25,539 nucleotides of DNA, from positions 1-25,539 of the IMG/VR virus record IMGVR_UViG_3300048576_000501; one strand, 5' to 3'. The position numbers and the translations under genes were made by a program. Below, piece after piece: positions 15,333 through 24,019 of the stretch. The first letter of the stretch is position 1. Each line of letters starts with the position of its first letter. The notes under the pieces were generated by a model, which saw only the letters and a list, made by a program, of their open reading frames with translations, made no database searches and was not told the DNA's origin. This DNA is from a virus (lineage: Duplodnaviria; Caudoviricetes).

Positions 15333-15665
15333 ATGAAACCGCTCATGCCTGGAAGGCTGAGAATTCCCGTTGTAATTCAGAGGCCGGTTTACGCGACAAA
15401 AGAAAACGGGGAACGAGTGGCAACGTGGGAGACTGTTACCCGCGCCTATGCCAGTATCGAACCGCTACAAGGCCAGCAACTTGAACGCGCCAAAGCCTTC
15501 GGAGCCACCGTAACCCACAAGATGATTACACGGTGGCAACAAGGAATCAGCCCGGATATGCGGGTTGTTTTCGGAAATCGCAAATTCAGTATCACCGCCG
15601 CCCTAAACGTGGAAGAAGCCAATAGGGAATTAGACATCTACGCCACCGAGGTAATCGGAGGTTGA
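15333..15665 (+). CDS. Head closure / head-tail adaptor (SPP1 gp16-like)
   Basis: GRLR..V.IQ, ASIEPLQG, THKMITR, PDMRVV, FSITA. Confidence 0.88.
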   Translation: MKPLMPGRLRIPVVIQRPVYATKENGERVATWETVTRAYASIEPLQGQQLERAKAFGATVTHKMITRWQQGISPDMRVVFGNRKFSITAALNVEEANRELDIYATEVIGG

Positions 15666-15666
15666 C

Positions 15667-16122
15667 ATGGATTCCCAACTTAATGGGGATACAGAACTAA
15701 TTGCGAAGTTGATCGAAATAGATGAGAGGGTAGCTGGAAAGTGGCTTCGCACAGCGTTACGCGACGGAGCTAAGGTAGTGCAGCAGCAATGTATCGCATG
15801 GGCGCCCGTCAAATCAGGAGTAACCCGAAACGCGATAAAGGTGAGAGCCGGAAAGCGCAGACAACTCGGAATATACATGCTCGTTACGCTTTCCAAACGG
15901 TTCTTTCCCGTCAAGGAAAATACGTTTTACGTGGGGTTTGTTGACCGTGGCCGCAAGACGGGTACGGGAAGAGGATGGAAGGCTTTAAGTTATCGAAACA
16001 TCCGTCGCGAGATTCCGGGGACACTTTGGCTAGAACTGGCCTTCGAACGATCAATAGGCCGAGCTCGCGAAGTAATTTACGACACGCTCGCCAGGGGACT
16101 GGCAAAGGAAGCTAAGAAATGA
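15667..16122 (+). CDS. HK97 gp10-like neck/tail component
   Basis: APVKSG..RNAI, FYVGFV..G, WLELAF. Confidence 0.82.
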   Translation: MDSQLNGDTELIAKLIEIDERVAGKWLRTALRDGAKVVQQQCIAWAPVKSGVTRNAIKVRAGKRRQLGIYMLVTLSKRFFPVKENTFYVGFVDRGRKTGTGRGWKALSYRNIRREIPGTLWLELAFERSIGRAREVIYDTLARGLAKEAKK

Positions 16123-16523
16123 TCGATATCGACAAGGCTATTTTCACACGCTTAACCAGCGACTCTGCGGTAGCCGCCATAGTCACCGATCGCGTTTACC
16201 CAGGAAACGCTACCAGTGACACCAAACCATACGTAACTTTTGAAACCGCTTCGCAACCTTCAACCGCATTAAAGAAGCCGACGTTAAAGGGTTTTGAAAT
16301 CACGATATCGGCAGTAGCCAACACTCGCACCCAAGCAAAGTATTTGTATTCCGCCGTCGCAACAGCACTTGACCAGGGTGGCATATGGGGCGGTGTAAAG
16401 GTGAGGCCGGCCAATGAAATAATGCCACCAGTTACTACGGACTTCCCAGAAGCCCCAGGACAAATAGAAACCACTGTTTGGGAAGTCGAGGGCACTTTCC
16501 AAATCTATGCCTATGAATCTTGA
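16119..16523 (+). CDS. Tail terminator/completion protein (DUF3168-like)
   Basis: AIVTDRVYP, PYVTF; position before the major tail gene. Confidence 0.78.
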   Translation: MIDIDKAIFTRLTSDSAVAAIVTDRVYPGNATSDTKPYVTFETASQPSTALKKPTLKGFEITISAVANTRTQAKYLYSAVATALDQGGIWGGVKVRPANEIMPPVTTDFPEAPGQIETTVWEVEGTFQIYAYES

Positions 16524-16541
16524 CCATGAAAGGGAACAAGA

Positions 16542-17021
16542 ATGGTTACTACGAATGACAATGCGACCGCACTCTACAACGCTACCGGAACCATTGACGC
16601 TAATGGCGCTATCACAGGCGGGGCGTGGGTGGAATTCGCCACGCTCGTCGATATCGACCCCAACAAGGTCTCCATCGGTTCGGTATCCAAACTGAAACTC
16701 AAGTCCAAGGCCAAGGAGACTCAGGCCAGTAAGACACCCGATTATGGAGAGGTGACGCTCACCCTCGAATATACCGCCGCGTTGGTGACACTGATTAACG
16801 GGTGGATTGATAACGCCCTCACACTGGGCATTAAAACAACCGTTGAGGACTTCACCGGTACCGGGGCTGTCCCCAGTGAAACCGTCTATCCCGCCCATGT
16901 TACCGGCTGGGAGCCAATCAGCGGCACTATCCAGCGCGATGGCGAAAACCGCACTGTATCCAAACTGACCCTGAAGGTGTGCGCTAAGCCCGTATTCACC
17001 GCCGGCCACGGCGCGGCGTAA
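16542..17021 (+). CDS. Major tail (tube) protein
   Basis: DYGEVTLTLEY and LTLKVCAKP, typical of siphovirus tube proteins; synteny. Confidence 0.8.
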   Translation: MVTTNDNATALYNATGTIDANGAITGGAWVEFATLVDIDPNKVSIGSVSKLKLKSKAKETQASKTPDYGEVTLTLEYTAALVTLINGWIDNALTLGIKTTVEDFTGTGAVPSETVYPAHVTGWEPISGTIQRDGENRTVSKLTLKVCAKPVFTAGHGAA

Positions 17022-17050
17022 TACATCCATGAAACCGGTTAGGGGTGGGT

Positions 17051-17120
17051 AGTGGTGTCGTCTAAGGCAAGGATACCGGATTACAAGCCGGAGACGCGGG
17101 TTTAAATCCCGCCGCCACGA
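17051..17120 (+). tRNA. Degenerate tRNA (Val-TAC-like pseudo-tRNA)
   Basis: Cloverleaf with GTGGTG/CGCCAC acceptor (1-72 mismatch), D arm with GG, anticodon arm CCGG-ATTACAAG-CCGG (4 bp, 8-nt loop) and T arm GCGGG-TTTAAAT-CCCGC. No CCA. Confidence 0.6.
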
Positions 17121-17152
17121 TTTTTAATCACTAGCTAGGAGCATCACTAGGC

Positions 17153-17497
17153 ATGGCTGATGAATTCGACATTTTCGATATCGATCCCGGCAGACCGATT
17201 GTGCGAGTCATTGACGGACGCACCTACTTTTTCCGCATCCTTAGCGCCGCAGAACTCGAAGAACTTGAGAAAAAACCAGAACCTCCGACCGGAAGCGAAC
17301 GCCTTGCTTACACCGTGTCTCAGACATTGTGCGATGCAAGGGGCAATTTAATCCTCACCGAACCTCCAGCCGTCATCGCAAAGCGGATGAGCGGACGGCG
17401 ACTCATGGCACTCTACAAGGTCGCTATGAACCTCAACGCGATTACTCCGGAGGCCGTCTCCGACGAAAAAAAAGACTCGCCCGCGACCCAACCTTAA
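17153..17497 (+). CDS. Tail assembly chaperone (gpG-like)
   Basis: Between the tube and tape measure genes; ends ...EKKD at a slippery A-run. Confidence 0.8.
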   Translation: MADEFDIFDIDPGRPIVRVIDGRTYFFRILSAAELEELEKKPEPPTGSERLAYTVSQTLCDARGNLILTEPPAVIAKRMSGRRLMALYKVAMNLNAITPEAVSDEKKDSPATQP

Positions 17498-17793
17498 AAG
17501 AATGGTTGCGGGTATGTCTCGCCCTGGGAATTCAGACCCCAGAGGCCGCAAAGCGAACGATGAGCAATCGGCAGTTTGCTAGGTGGGTTGCCTACTTTGA
17601 CCTCACCGGATGGCCAGACGACAGAGACGACACCAGATTAGCGGCCCTGGTGGCGATAACCGCGGCCAGCAAAGGTGCCACGATGAAGATGGAATCAGCC
17701 CAAACAATGGTAAACCCTTGGGGAGCAGCAAACAGAATCATTAAACCACCCACTATGAGCCTAAAAGAAAAAATGCGGGCAATGGGTGGCTGA
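17467..17793 (+). CDS. -1 frameshift extension of the tail assembly chaperone (gpGT-like)
   Basis: A AAA AAA at 17467-17473 shifts into the -1 frame, reading RLARDPTLKEWLRVCLALG...MSNRQFARWVAYF. Confidence 0.78.
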   Translation, partial: KKRLARDPTLKEWLRVCLALGIQTPEAAKRTMSNRQFARWVAYFDLTGWPDDRDDTRLAALVAITAASKGATMKMESAQTMVNPWGAANRIIKPPTMSLKEKMRAMGG

Positions 17794-17807
17794 TAGGAGT
17801 TGAATAT

Positions 17808-19334
17808 ATGGCCGTCTTTGGTGCCATGAACGCAATATTGGGAGTGAACAATTCCCAATGGAAAACGGGTTTCGCCGAGGCCCGCGCCGAGGTAGACAAG
17901 ACCTCAGCTAAGACGAAAGGCTTTTTCAAAGACCTTGCCTCGCAAGCAGGAAAGAATTCCGACCTTGGCAAAACCCTCAAACTGCTTTCAGGGGGTGGGG
18001 CTATTGCTGGTTTTGGATTAGCAGCCAAGGAATTTGAAGGCCTAACCGAGAAAATCCTTGAGGTATCGGAGGCCGCGCGCAAGGGTGATACCTCATTTAA
18101 CCAAGCTTTCGCCGACATAATCCGCGAAATCCCAATACTCGGAAACCTAACCAAAGGTTTCGACAATCTACGCTATGCCATTACCGGAGAAATGGCCGTC
18201 CTCAAGCAGCTTGAAGCGGAGAATAAGGCCACCCAGGAACAATGGAAGGTTCACATTTCCCGTCTGGACGAAGCCAAACACGTAACGATGGAATGGCGCA
18301 AGGAGATTGAAAAACTCCGCGACGAATGGGCATTACTGTCCGCCTCGCCAAATACTATCGGACAGACAAAAGCCGGAATCGACGCAAAAAATGCCCTTTC
18401 AGCACTTCGTGATAAGTACGAGAAGGACGCCGGATTTGTTGACGAAAAGACCGGGGGGCCGGGCACCTTGCTCCTCAAGATGAAAGAAGTGGAGGAGGCT
18501 GAAAAGCGAGCCACCAAACTTAAAGCCGCCATCGACACTGCCAAACAGGCAGCAGCCGCAGCCACCGTCGAAGCCGACAAAGCCAGGTACGATCAGAGAC
18601 TTGGGATAGGGAATTGGGGTGACAAGGAAGCCATTTGGAACGAAGAGGCCAAAATCAATAAGGTGAAGGAGGCTAACGACGCGTACAACGCCCAAGTCGG
18701 AGTCATCAACAAATTGAAGTTTGAACTGGGGGACCTGCAACGGATCGCCGACGCCGCCAAAACGCAATATGACACCGCCCGAGGGCAAGCCGTCCAGAAT
18801 GAGGCCAGGAAGATGGCCGATGCCGTCCGAAAGGACAACGAGCCAGACCGCAAAGCCGCGCAGAAAGAACTTGAGGAGACTTGGAAGGGTGTGCAGGAAT
18901 GGTGGAAATCGCAGACCCAATCAGTAACCAAGGCTATTGAAGTTGCCCATCAAAGCATAGCCAAGGCCGTCGAATCCGAGATTAAGGAGGGGGAACGCAT
19001 CACTAGGGCAATGCGAACGCCGCAAGAAGTGTTTGCCGACCAATTGAAGGACTTGCAGCATCTTCGAGACCTTCGCGTCATCAGCCCAGAAATCTTTGCT
19101 AGGGCAGGGGATTCCGCTTTCGCTGAACTTATGCGATCAACCACCTATAACCCCTTTCGAGACGTGCGGATACAGGCCGAGGAGTTGATGTTGGGGAAGA
19201 AGGTTACGGCCGGTGACGTGCCTCAACCGCTCAACGAACTGGCCCAAACCGCAAAGGCTCAACTGGATGAGTTGAAGAAGGCCAACAGAATCGCCGCCAA
19301 CAGAAAAGTCGTCATCATTTCGGGAGCATTTTAA
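17808..19334 (+). CDS. Tail tape measure protein (short, 508 aa)
   Basis: Ala/Lys/Glu-rich helical sequence following the G/GT chaperones; RTPQE motif near the C-terminus. Confidence 0.8.
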   Translation: MAVFGAMNAILGVNNSQWKTGFAEARAEVDKTSAKTKGFFKDLASQAGKNSDLGKTLKLLSGGGAIAGFGLAAKEFEGLTEKILEVSEAARKGDTSFNQAFADIIREIPILGNLTKGFDNLRYAITGEMAVLKQLEAENKATQEQWKVHISRLDEAKHVTMEWRKEIEKLRDEWALLSASPNTIGQTKAGIDAKNALSALRDKYEKDAGFVDEKTGGPGTLLLKMKEVEEAEKRATKLKAAIDTAKQAAAAATVEADKARYDQRLGIGNWGDKEAIWNEEAKINKVKEANDAYNAQVGVINKLKFELGDLQRIADAAKTQYDTARGQAVQNEARKMADAVRKDNEPDRKAAQKELEETWKGVQEWWKSQTQSVTKAIEVAHQSIAKAVESEIKEGERITRAMRTPQEVFADQLKDLQHLRDLRVISPEIFARAGDSAFAELMRSTTYNPFRDVRIQAEELMLGKKVTAGDVPQPLNELAQTAKAQLDELKKANRIAANRKVVIISGAF

Positions 19335-20239
19335 TGTCGCTTGCATGTGTAAGAGTTGAAAAGCAGGGTGGTATCACCGGGGGAATGGACGTAACTAAAG
19401 CCACCACCGGTGATATGGTTGTTAAGTACCATGTGTACTTTAGCGAGGACGGCGCCAACCCCTATCAAGCGTACACCGCCGATGCCGGCGACGAGGGGGC
19501 TGTACCCCACTTTAATGACACCATCGGGCCGTATGTCCTCAAGAACAAATCCGGAAACCAGGACATTGAAGACCCCTGCAAATGGGAAGTGACTTGCACC
19601 TATTCCATTCCCCAACCCGGTGAACAGGAACCCCGCCCCGAGCCAATAGGGGGCCAAGAAGTGGCGAGGTGGTCCGCCGATATTCAAATCAAATCCGTGC
19701 CGATGGATGTGGAGACGCAGACCGACCGAAACGGAAAGATGCTTACAAACAGCGCCGGCGATCCCATCAGCGGAATCACCCGCACCTTGTGGGATGAAGA
19801 AATCATAGTCAACTTTACTTGCGCAGAAGTGGATTGGACGGGAATTGATGCATGTTGGGAATCGATCAACGTGGAACCCGTCACCCTCACCATCAACGGC
19901 CAGCCGCGTACCTTTGCCGCCAGAACTCTTCGCTTTGCCCGTTACGACTTGGGTTATACTCTGGACTCGTCGCAGATTACATATCCGAGAATGACGTATA
20001 CGCTACTCCACCGGTACGCCGGGTGGACTAAACGTGTGGCAGACAAGGGACTCAACGAAGTCGTGGGAGGTGTGAAAAAGCCGATTCTTGACGCCATCGG
20101 CAACCCCATCACCACCCCGGTATATCTGGACGGACACGGCGCACAGCTTGCCGTTGGGCAAAACGTTGTGACCATCGGAGTTGAGGAATACCCAGAGGTA
20201 CAAATGGGGACGCTGCTGCTTTGGGATGTTGGGACTTGA
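19334..20239 (+). CDS. Putative tail-tip (distal tail/hub-like) protein
   Basis: TAATG coupling to the tape measure gene; beta-rich; NSAGDP motif. Confidence 0.6.
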   Translation: MSLACVRVEKQGGITGGMDVTKATTGDMVVKYHVYFSEDGANPYQAYTADAGDEGAVPHFNDTIGPYVLKNKSGNQDIEDPCKWEVTCTYSIPQPGEQEPRPEPIGGQEVARWSADIQIKSVPMDVETQTDRNGKMLTNSAGDPISGITRTLWDEEIIVNFTCAEVDWTGIDACWESINVEPVTLTINGQPRTFAARTLRFARYDLGYTLDSSQITYPRMTYTLLHRYAGWTKRVADKGLNEVVGGVKKPILDAIGNPITTPVYLDGHGAQLAVGQNVVTIGVEEYPEVQMGTLLLWDVGT

Positions 20240-20254
20240 TGGAGACCACGCTAC

Positions 20255-20926
20255 ATGGCCAACGAAGAATACCAGTTATCTATTGAGTTTATTCAGCGTA
20301 TCATTAGAGCGGTGAAAAAGATTGAGGCTATATCGCTAAATGAGGGATTGGCCGACTACGGCATGGCATCATCAAACCGCCAAGCCATAAGAGTAAAGGC
20401 AACATCGATCGTTTCTGGCCAGGGGGGCAGGTACAACGGAAAAATTCTCACCTATGGTGCAAACGGCGCAGCATCCGGCAATTTGGCGGCCGCCGATATA
20501 GGCACGCCATCCGCTACCGAGAATTGCATCATATGGGATCTTTCGGAGATAGGAGGATCAACCCACAATATCACCCTAGCCAATGATGCCGAGGCCACAT
20601 TCATCGGCCACTTACTGTGTTATGACTCGACCACCAAAAAACCCATCATTGCCGTGAAGGCCGGTGGCACGCCAACAGGATCAACCACCAGCCCCACCAC
20701 CATTGGCCAGAGTAGCGAAGGTGGGGACGCAGCATTAACTAACACGTGGACCAAAACGAGCGGAAACCCACTGGATTTGTGGGTGGTTTCTAGGGTTGTG
20801 TATTCGGATGCCGGCGACCAGGTTCTTTACGCGTATGCCCGCAAATTGACCTTTGACACGTTGGGTGCCCTAGCCACCGTGTCCGCCGAAACTCGTTACG
20901 CGGTCGATACGCCGGGGAGTTGTTAA
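20255..20926 (+). CDS. Putative tail-tip/fibre-associated protein
   Basis: GGAG SD; Gly/Thr/Ser-rich; synteny. Confidence 0.55.
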   Translation: MANEEYQLSIEFIQRIIRAVKKIEAISLNEGLADYGMASSNRQAIRVKATSIVSGQGGRYNGKILTYGANGAASGNLAAADIGTPSATENCIIWDLSEIGGSTHNITLANDAEATFIGHLLCYDSTTKKPIIAVKAGGTPTGSTTSPTTIGQSSEGGDAALTNTWTKTSGNPLDLWVVSRVVYSDAGDQVLYAYARKLTFDTLGALATVSAETRYAVDTPGSC

Positions 20927-21849
20927 TGGGATATCAACTTAGAAAAAACACAACCACGGGCCACCTGAAAAAGAACGCGGCTGGCCATCTAATAAAATCA
21001 TGCACTCTGCCGCCCATATCGTTATACGTAGTGCGGTTCAGCGGGTGGACGCGATGTTGTTCGCAATGGGGAAAATGGTTTAACGGTGGATATCATCGTG
21101 GTAAAGTAAGATCAGATAGATTGATGAATACCGATTTGCCAATATTCCTATGTGTGAGCACGGATAATAGCGGAGGCGGATTGACTTTCTTTGATAATTT
21201 TGATGTGTTTGATGGAACGACTAATTGCTCAACGCCAATATCTTCAGAGGTTATGCCATTATATGTATATGCTGGGTCGGGGACGTGTACAGGTGGATTA
21301 ACAACATTTGGCGCAAGAATAGAATCTCCTTACCCAGTAGGGGAATTGGTGGATGGAGCTTTATTATTTGAATCTGTTGATAATTGCATCGCTTCGAGCG
21401 CTACGTCCGGATCGGTCGTCAATGCGCTAACTATTTGTGACAATACTGATTACTTTGGTTTGCCAGCAATTTGCATAAATGGAACCGCGACAGTATCCGC
21501 ATATCGAACATTGGTGCAATTAAACAGCTCGTCGGCATATACACAAATTATACATGTTGGAAGGTCATCAGGATCAACACCGATTTACATTGCTGCCGAT
21601 GGTTTTTGGATGGTGGGAAAATATTATTCCCCTGCTGGAAGTGATGTTAGTTGGGATAATTTACTACCAGGCGAGGCTAAAGCCAGTTGTGAGGATGATG
21701 TTTCATGGTTATCAATCGGAAACCCGTGGAGCGGTACAGGAAACGGAACAATAACACTTTCTTGGAGCGCCAACACAACAGGATACCCGAGAGGGGCAGG
21801 AGTAATAGTAAACGACAAGTTGTACGTGATTCAGCAGGGCACATCGTGA
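20926..21849 (+). CDS. Cys-rich putative receptor-binding protein with a C-terminal BACON-like domain
   Basis: SWLSI...SGTGNGTITLSWSANTTG..R....V......VIQQG matches the BACON pattern. Start at ATG 20926 (TAATG overlap); AT-rich. Confidence 0.65.
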   Translation: MGYQLRKNTTTGHLKKNAAGHLIKSCTLPPISLYVVRFSGWTRCCSQWGKWFNGGYHRGKVRSDRLMNTDLPIFLCVSTDNSGGGLTFFDNFDVFDGTTNCSTPISSEVMPLYVYAGSGTCTGGLTTFGARIESPYPVGELVDGALLFESVDNCIASSATSGSVVNALTICDNTDYFGLPAICINGTATVSAYRTLVQLNSSSAYTQIIHVGRSSGSTPIYIAADGFWMVGKYYSPAGSDVSWDNLLPGEAKASCEDDVSWLSIGNPWSGTGNGTITLSWSANTTGYPRGAGVIVNDKLYVIQQGTS

Positions 21850-22094
21850 GTAAATGGGGTGGCAGTCCAAAACTAGTAACTATGGTTTGGCCATTGTGGG
21901 CAAAGATGGTGAAAATGTGCCGCCGCAATGGTGAGTCTGGCGTAGGAGATACTCTTGCTCGGCTGTTGGCCTATGTTGGGGGAGAGCAATTTAAATGGAT
22001 TTTCAAAAAGTCGTATGGGAAGCCGTGCCGATGCACCGAAAGAGCTAGACGGCTAAATCTAATCTATCCTTACGTTACGACCGGGAAGCCTTGA
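21846..22094 (+). CDS. Small Cys-containing phage protein (GxGD...CxC..R...LN..YPY type)
   Basis: GTGA overlap start at 21846; GVGDTLA...GKPCRCTERARRLNLIYPY. Confidence 0.6.
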   Translation: MSKWGGSPKLVTMVWPLWAKMVKMCRRNGESGVGDTLARLLAYVGGEQFKWIFKKSYGKPCRCTERARRLNLIYPYVTTGKP

Positions 22095-22438
22095 GGCTTA
22101 CGCCTATCTCGGTTTATGAGCAACCACAGGCCCACGGCAACGCATAACCACGCGGCAAGGCACCATATCCACGGCAAGTAAATCCAGGTTACATCCCCAT
22201 CATTCTGTATGGATGGGAAACAGAAAAGGGATTCGGGCGGGTTCGGTCGGAATGCCTCGCCCACAATGCCGAATCGGGAATGATCCCATACTGATAAGGT
22301 TAGCTTAGTAGGGTTTGAAGCAATGCCGAAATACCACACACGCACAAAAACCCCAACCCACCCATAAGCCTGCACCATTAAAACGACAATAAGACCTGTC
22401 AGACTTGGCAACGCAATTCGACAGAATCTACGAAACAT
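22070..22438 (-). CDS. Antisense-oriented membrane protein (moron-like)
   Basis: Two hydrophobic helices, Trp-rich; AAGGAAGG SD on the minus strand. Confidence 0.65.
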   Translation of the reverse strand: MFRRFCRIALPSLTGLIVVLMVQAYGWVGVFVRVWYFGIASNPTKLTLSVWDHSRFGIVGEAFRPNPPESLFCFPSIQNDGDVTWIYLPWIWCLAAWLCVAVGLWLLINRDRRKPQGFPVVT

Positions 22439-22463
22439 TTCCTTCCTTTCACAAGGAGACTAC

Positions 22464-23288
22464 ATGCGAGTATACATCGCTGGCCCCATGCGTGGCTACC
22501 CACAATTCAACTTCCCAGCATTCGACGGTGCCGCGAAAGCTTGGAGGGCGGCGGGGTGGGAGGTGGTGAACCCGGCCGAGCTCGATAGGGAAGCGGGTTT
22601 TGACGGCAACGGAAATTTACCTGAGGGATTCACAGAAAAGGCATTAAACGAACGCGACATTCCCGCCATTAAGACATGCCAGGCTATCGCACTGCTTCCG
22701 GGCTGGGGAAGATCGCGGGGAGTGATGGATTGCGAGGCCCCGCTTGTGTCAGACTTGGGGCTTTTAGTTTTCGACGCACGTTACCCAGTGTCGCCACCGA
22801 CATCGACGACTGAAACCGTATCAACGTACGCAGGATTCCCCGACGATCAGCCATCGCCAGACACGAAGCCAACCAACCCGAAAGACCTAATCGGCAGCGA
22901 CAAGCTACCGCTTCATCTATGGCCGGTTGTGGCCAGCGCCCACGGTTGCCTAGCCTTGCTGGATGGAATGCTAAAGTACGGACGGCACAATTGGCGAAAG
23001 GCTGGGGTACGAACTTCCATCTACATCGACGCCGCATTCCGCCACCTTGTCAAATACTGGGAAGGCCAGGACGCGGACCCGGACAGCGGACTAGACCACC
23101 GCGCCCATGCTCTCGCCTGTATTGCCATCACACTCGACGCCGAGGCCATTGGGAAGCTTACCGACGATCGCGCATACCGCGGAGAAGGCGCCATAGAGGA
23201 ACTGGCCGACATTACGCGCCATGTGGCCCGGTTGCGTAAAAAACACGCCGGCCGGAACCCAAAACACTACGTAAGGGGGTGCGCATGA
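22464..23288 (+). CDS. Fusion of a DUF4406 (nucleoside deoxyribosyltransferase-like) domain and a dATP/dGTP diphosphohydrolase (DUF5664-like) domain
   Basis: N-terminal YIAGPMRG..FNFPAF...VVNPAE...LLPGW..S.G...E; C-terminal KYGRHNWRK...YIDAAFRHL...DPDSGLDH.AHA.AC; AAGGAG SD. Confidence 0.82.
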   Translation: MRVYIAGPMRGYPQFNFPAFDGAAKAWRAAGWEVVNPAELDREAGFDGNGNLPEGFTEKALNERDIPAIKTCQAIALLPGWGRSRGVMDCEAPLVSDLGLLVFDARYPVSPPTSTTETVSTYAGFPDDQPSPDTKPTNPKDLIGSDKLPLHLWPVVASAHGCLALLDGMLKYGRHNWRKAGVRTSIYIDAAFRHLVKYWEGQDADPDSGLDHRAHALACIAITLDAEAIGKLTDDRAYRGEGAIEELADITRHVARLRKKHAGRNPKHYVRGCA

Positions 23289-24019
23289 AGATGGAACGTT
23301 GGTTATTTGTCAGCGACACCCACGGCGACATGATCGACCCGAAAGCGGAGAAAGCCCTAAAAGAGCTTGTCTCTGACTTCAAGCCAACCATTCGGATCCA
23401 CGGTGGCGACCTGTGGGACCTCCGTTGCCTACGCCGCGGCGCCAGCGGAGAGGAAACGCTAGAAGACTTACGAGCCGACCTGGACGCCGGCCGCGACTTC
23501 ATCGAATGGTTTAAACCCACCCACTTTTTGAGGGGCAACCACGATGAACGCCTAGTAGACGCGATGGAGAGCCATAACCCGGTACTTCGCCGATTCGCGT
23601 GTACAGAATGGCAATCCATCGTTGACCACCTCAAGGCCGTAGGGTGTCGCAAGATCCTCCCATACGGCAAACGGCACGGAGTCTTGCAGTACAAGACGAT
23701 TGCCTTTTGCCATGGGTTTTCTGCCGGTATCTATGCCGCTGCCGCACACGCCAGGATCTACGGCAACGTCGTTTTTGGCCACACCCACGCCATAGACGCA
23801 TTTTCAATACCCGGCATACAGGAAAGGGTGGGACGCAACGCCGGGTGCCTTTGCCGGCTGGATATGGCCTACAACCGCGGGCAACTTAATACCCTGCGCC
23901 AGAGCCACGGTTTCGCGTACGGCTTTTTGGCCCGCAACGGTGCCCACCGCGTATTTCAGGCCCAAGAGATTTACGGCAAATGGCTATTCCCCACCGAGTT
24001 TAAGGAGTACCGCCCTTGA
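23285..24019 (+). CDS. Calcineurin-like metallophosphoesterase
   Basis: SDTH, GGD..D, GNHD, HG and GHTH motifs; ATGA overlap start at 23285. Confidence 0.9.
   Translation: MKMERWLFVSDTHGDMIDPKAEKALKELVSDFKPTIRIHGGDLWDLRCLRRGASGEETLEDLRADLDAGRDFIEWFKPTHFLRGNHDERLVDAMESHNPVLRRFACTEWQSIVDHLKAVGCRKILPYGKRHGVLQYKTIAFCHGFSAGIYAAAAHARIYGNVVFGHTHAIDAFSIPGIQERVGRNAGCLCRLDMAYNRGQLNTLRQSHGFAYGFLARNGAHRVFQAQEIYGKWLFPTEFKEYRP

Noticed and set aside
16284-17030. 248-aa minus-strand ORF
   Set aside because: Lies opposite the tail terminator and tube genes and has no domain signal.
20926-21849. Diversity-generating retroelement target
   Set aside because: No reverse transcriptase and no template/variable repeat pair were seen in the window.
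22464-23288. Evidence for a Z-base (2-aminoadenine) genome
   Set aside because: No purZ or dedicated polymerase is visible, and the diphosphohydrolase domain alone is insufficient.
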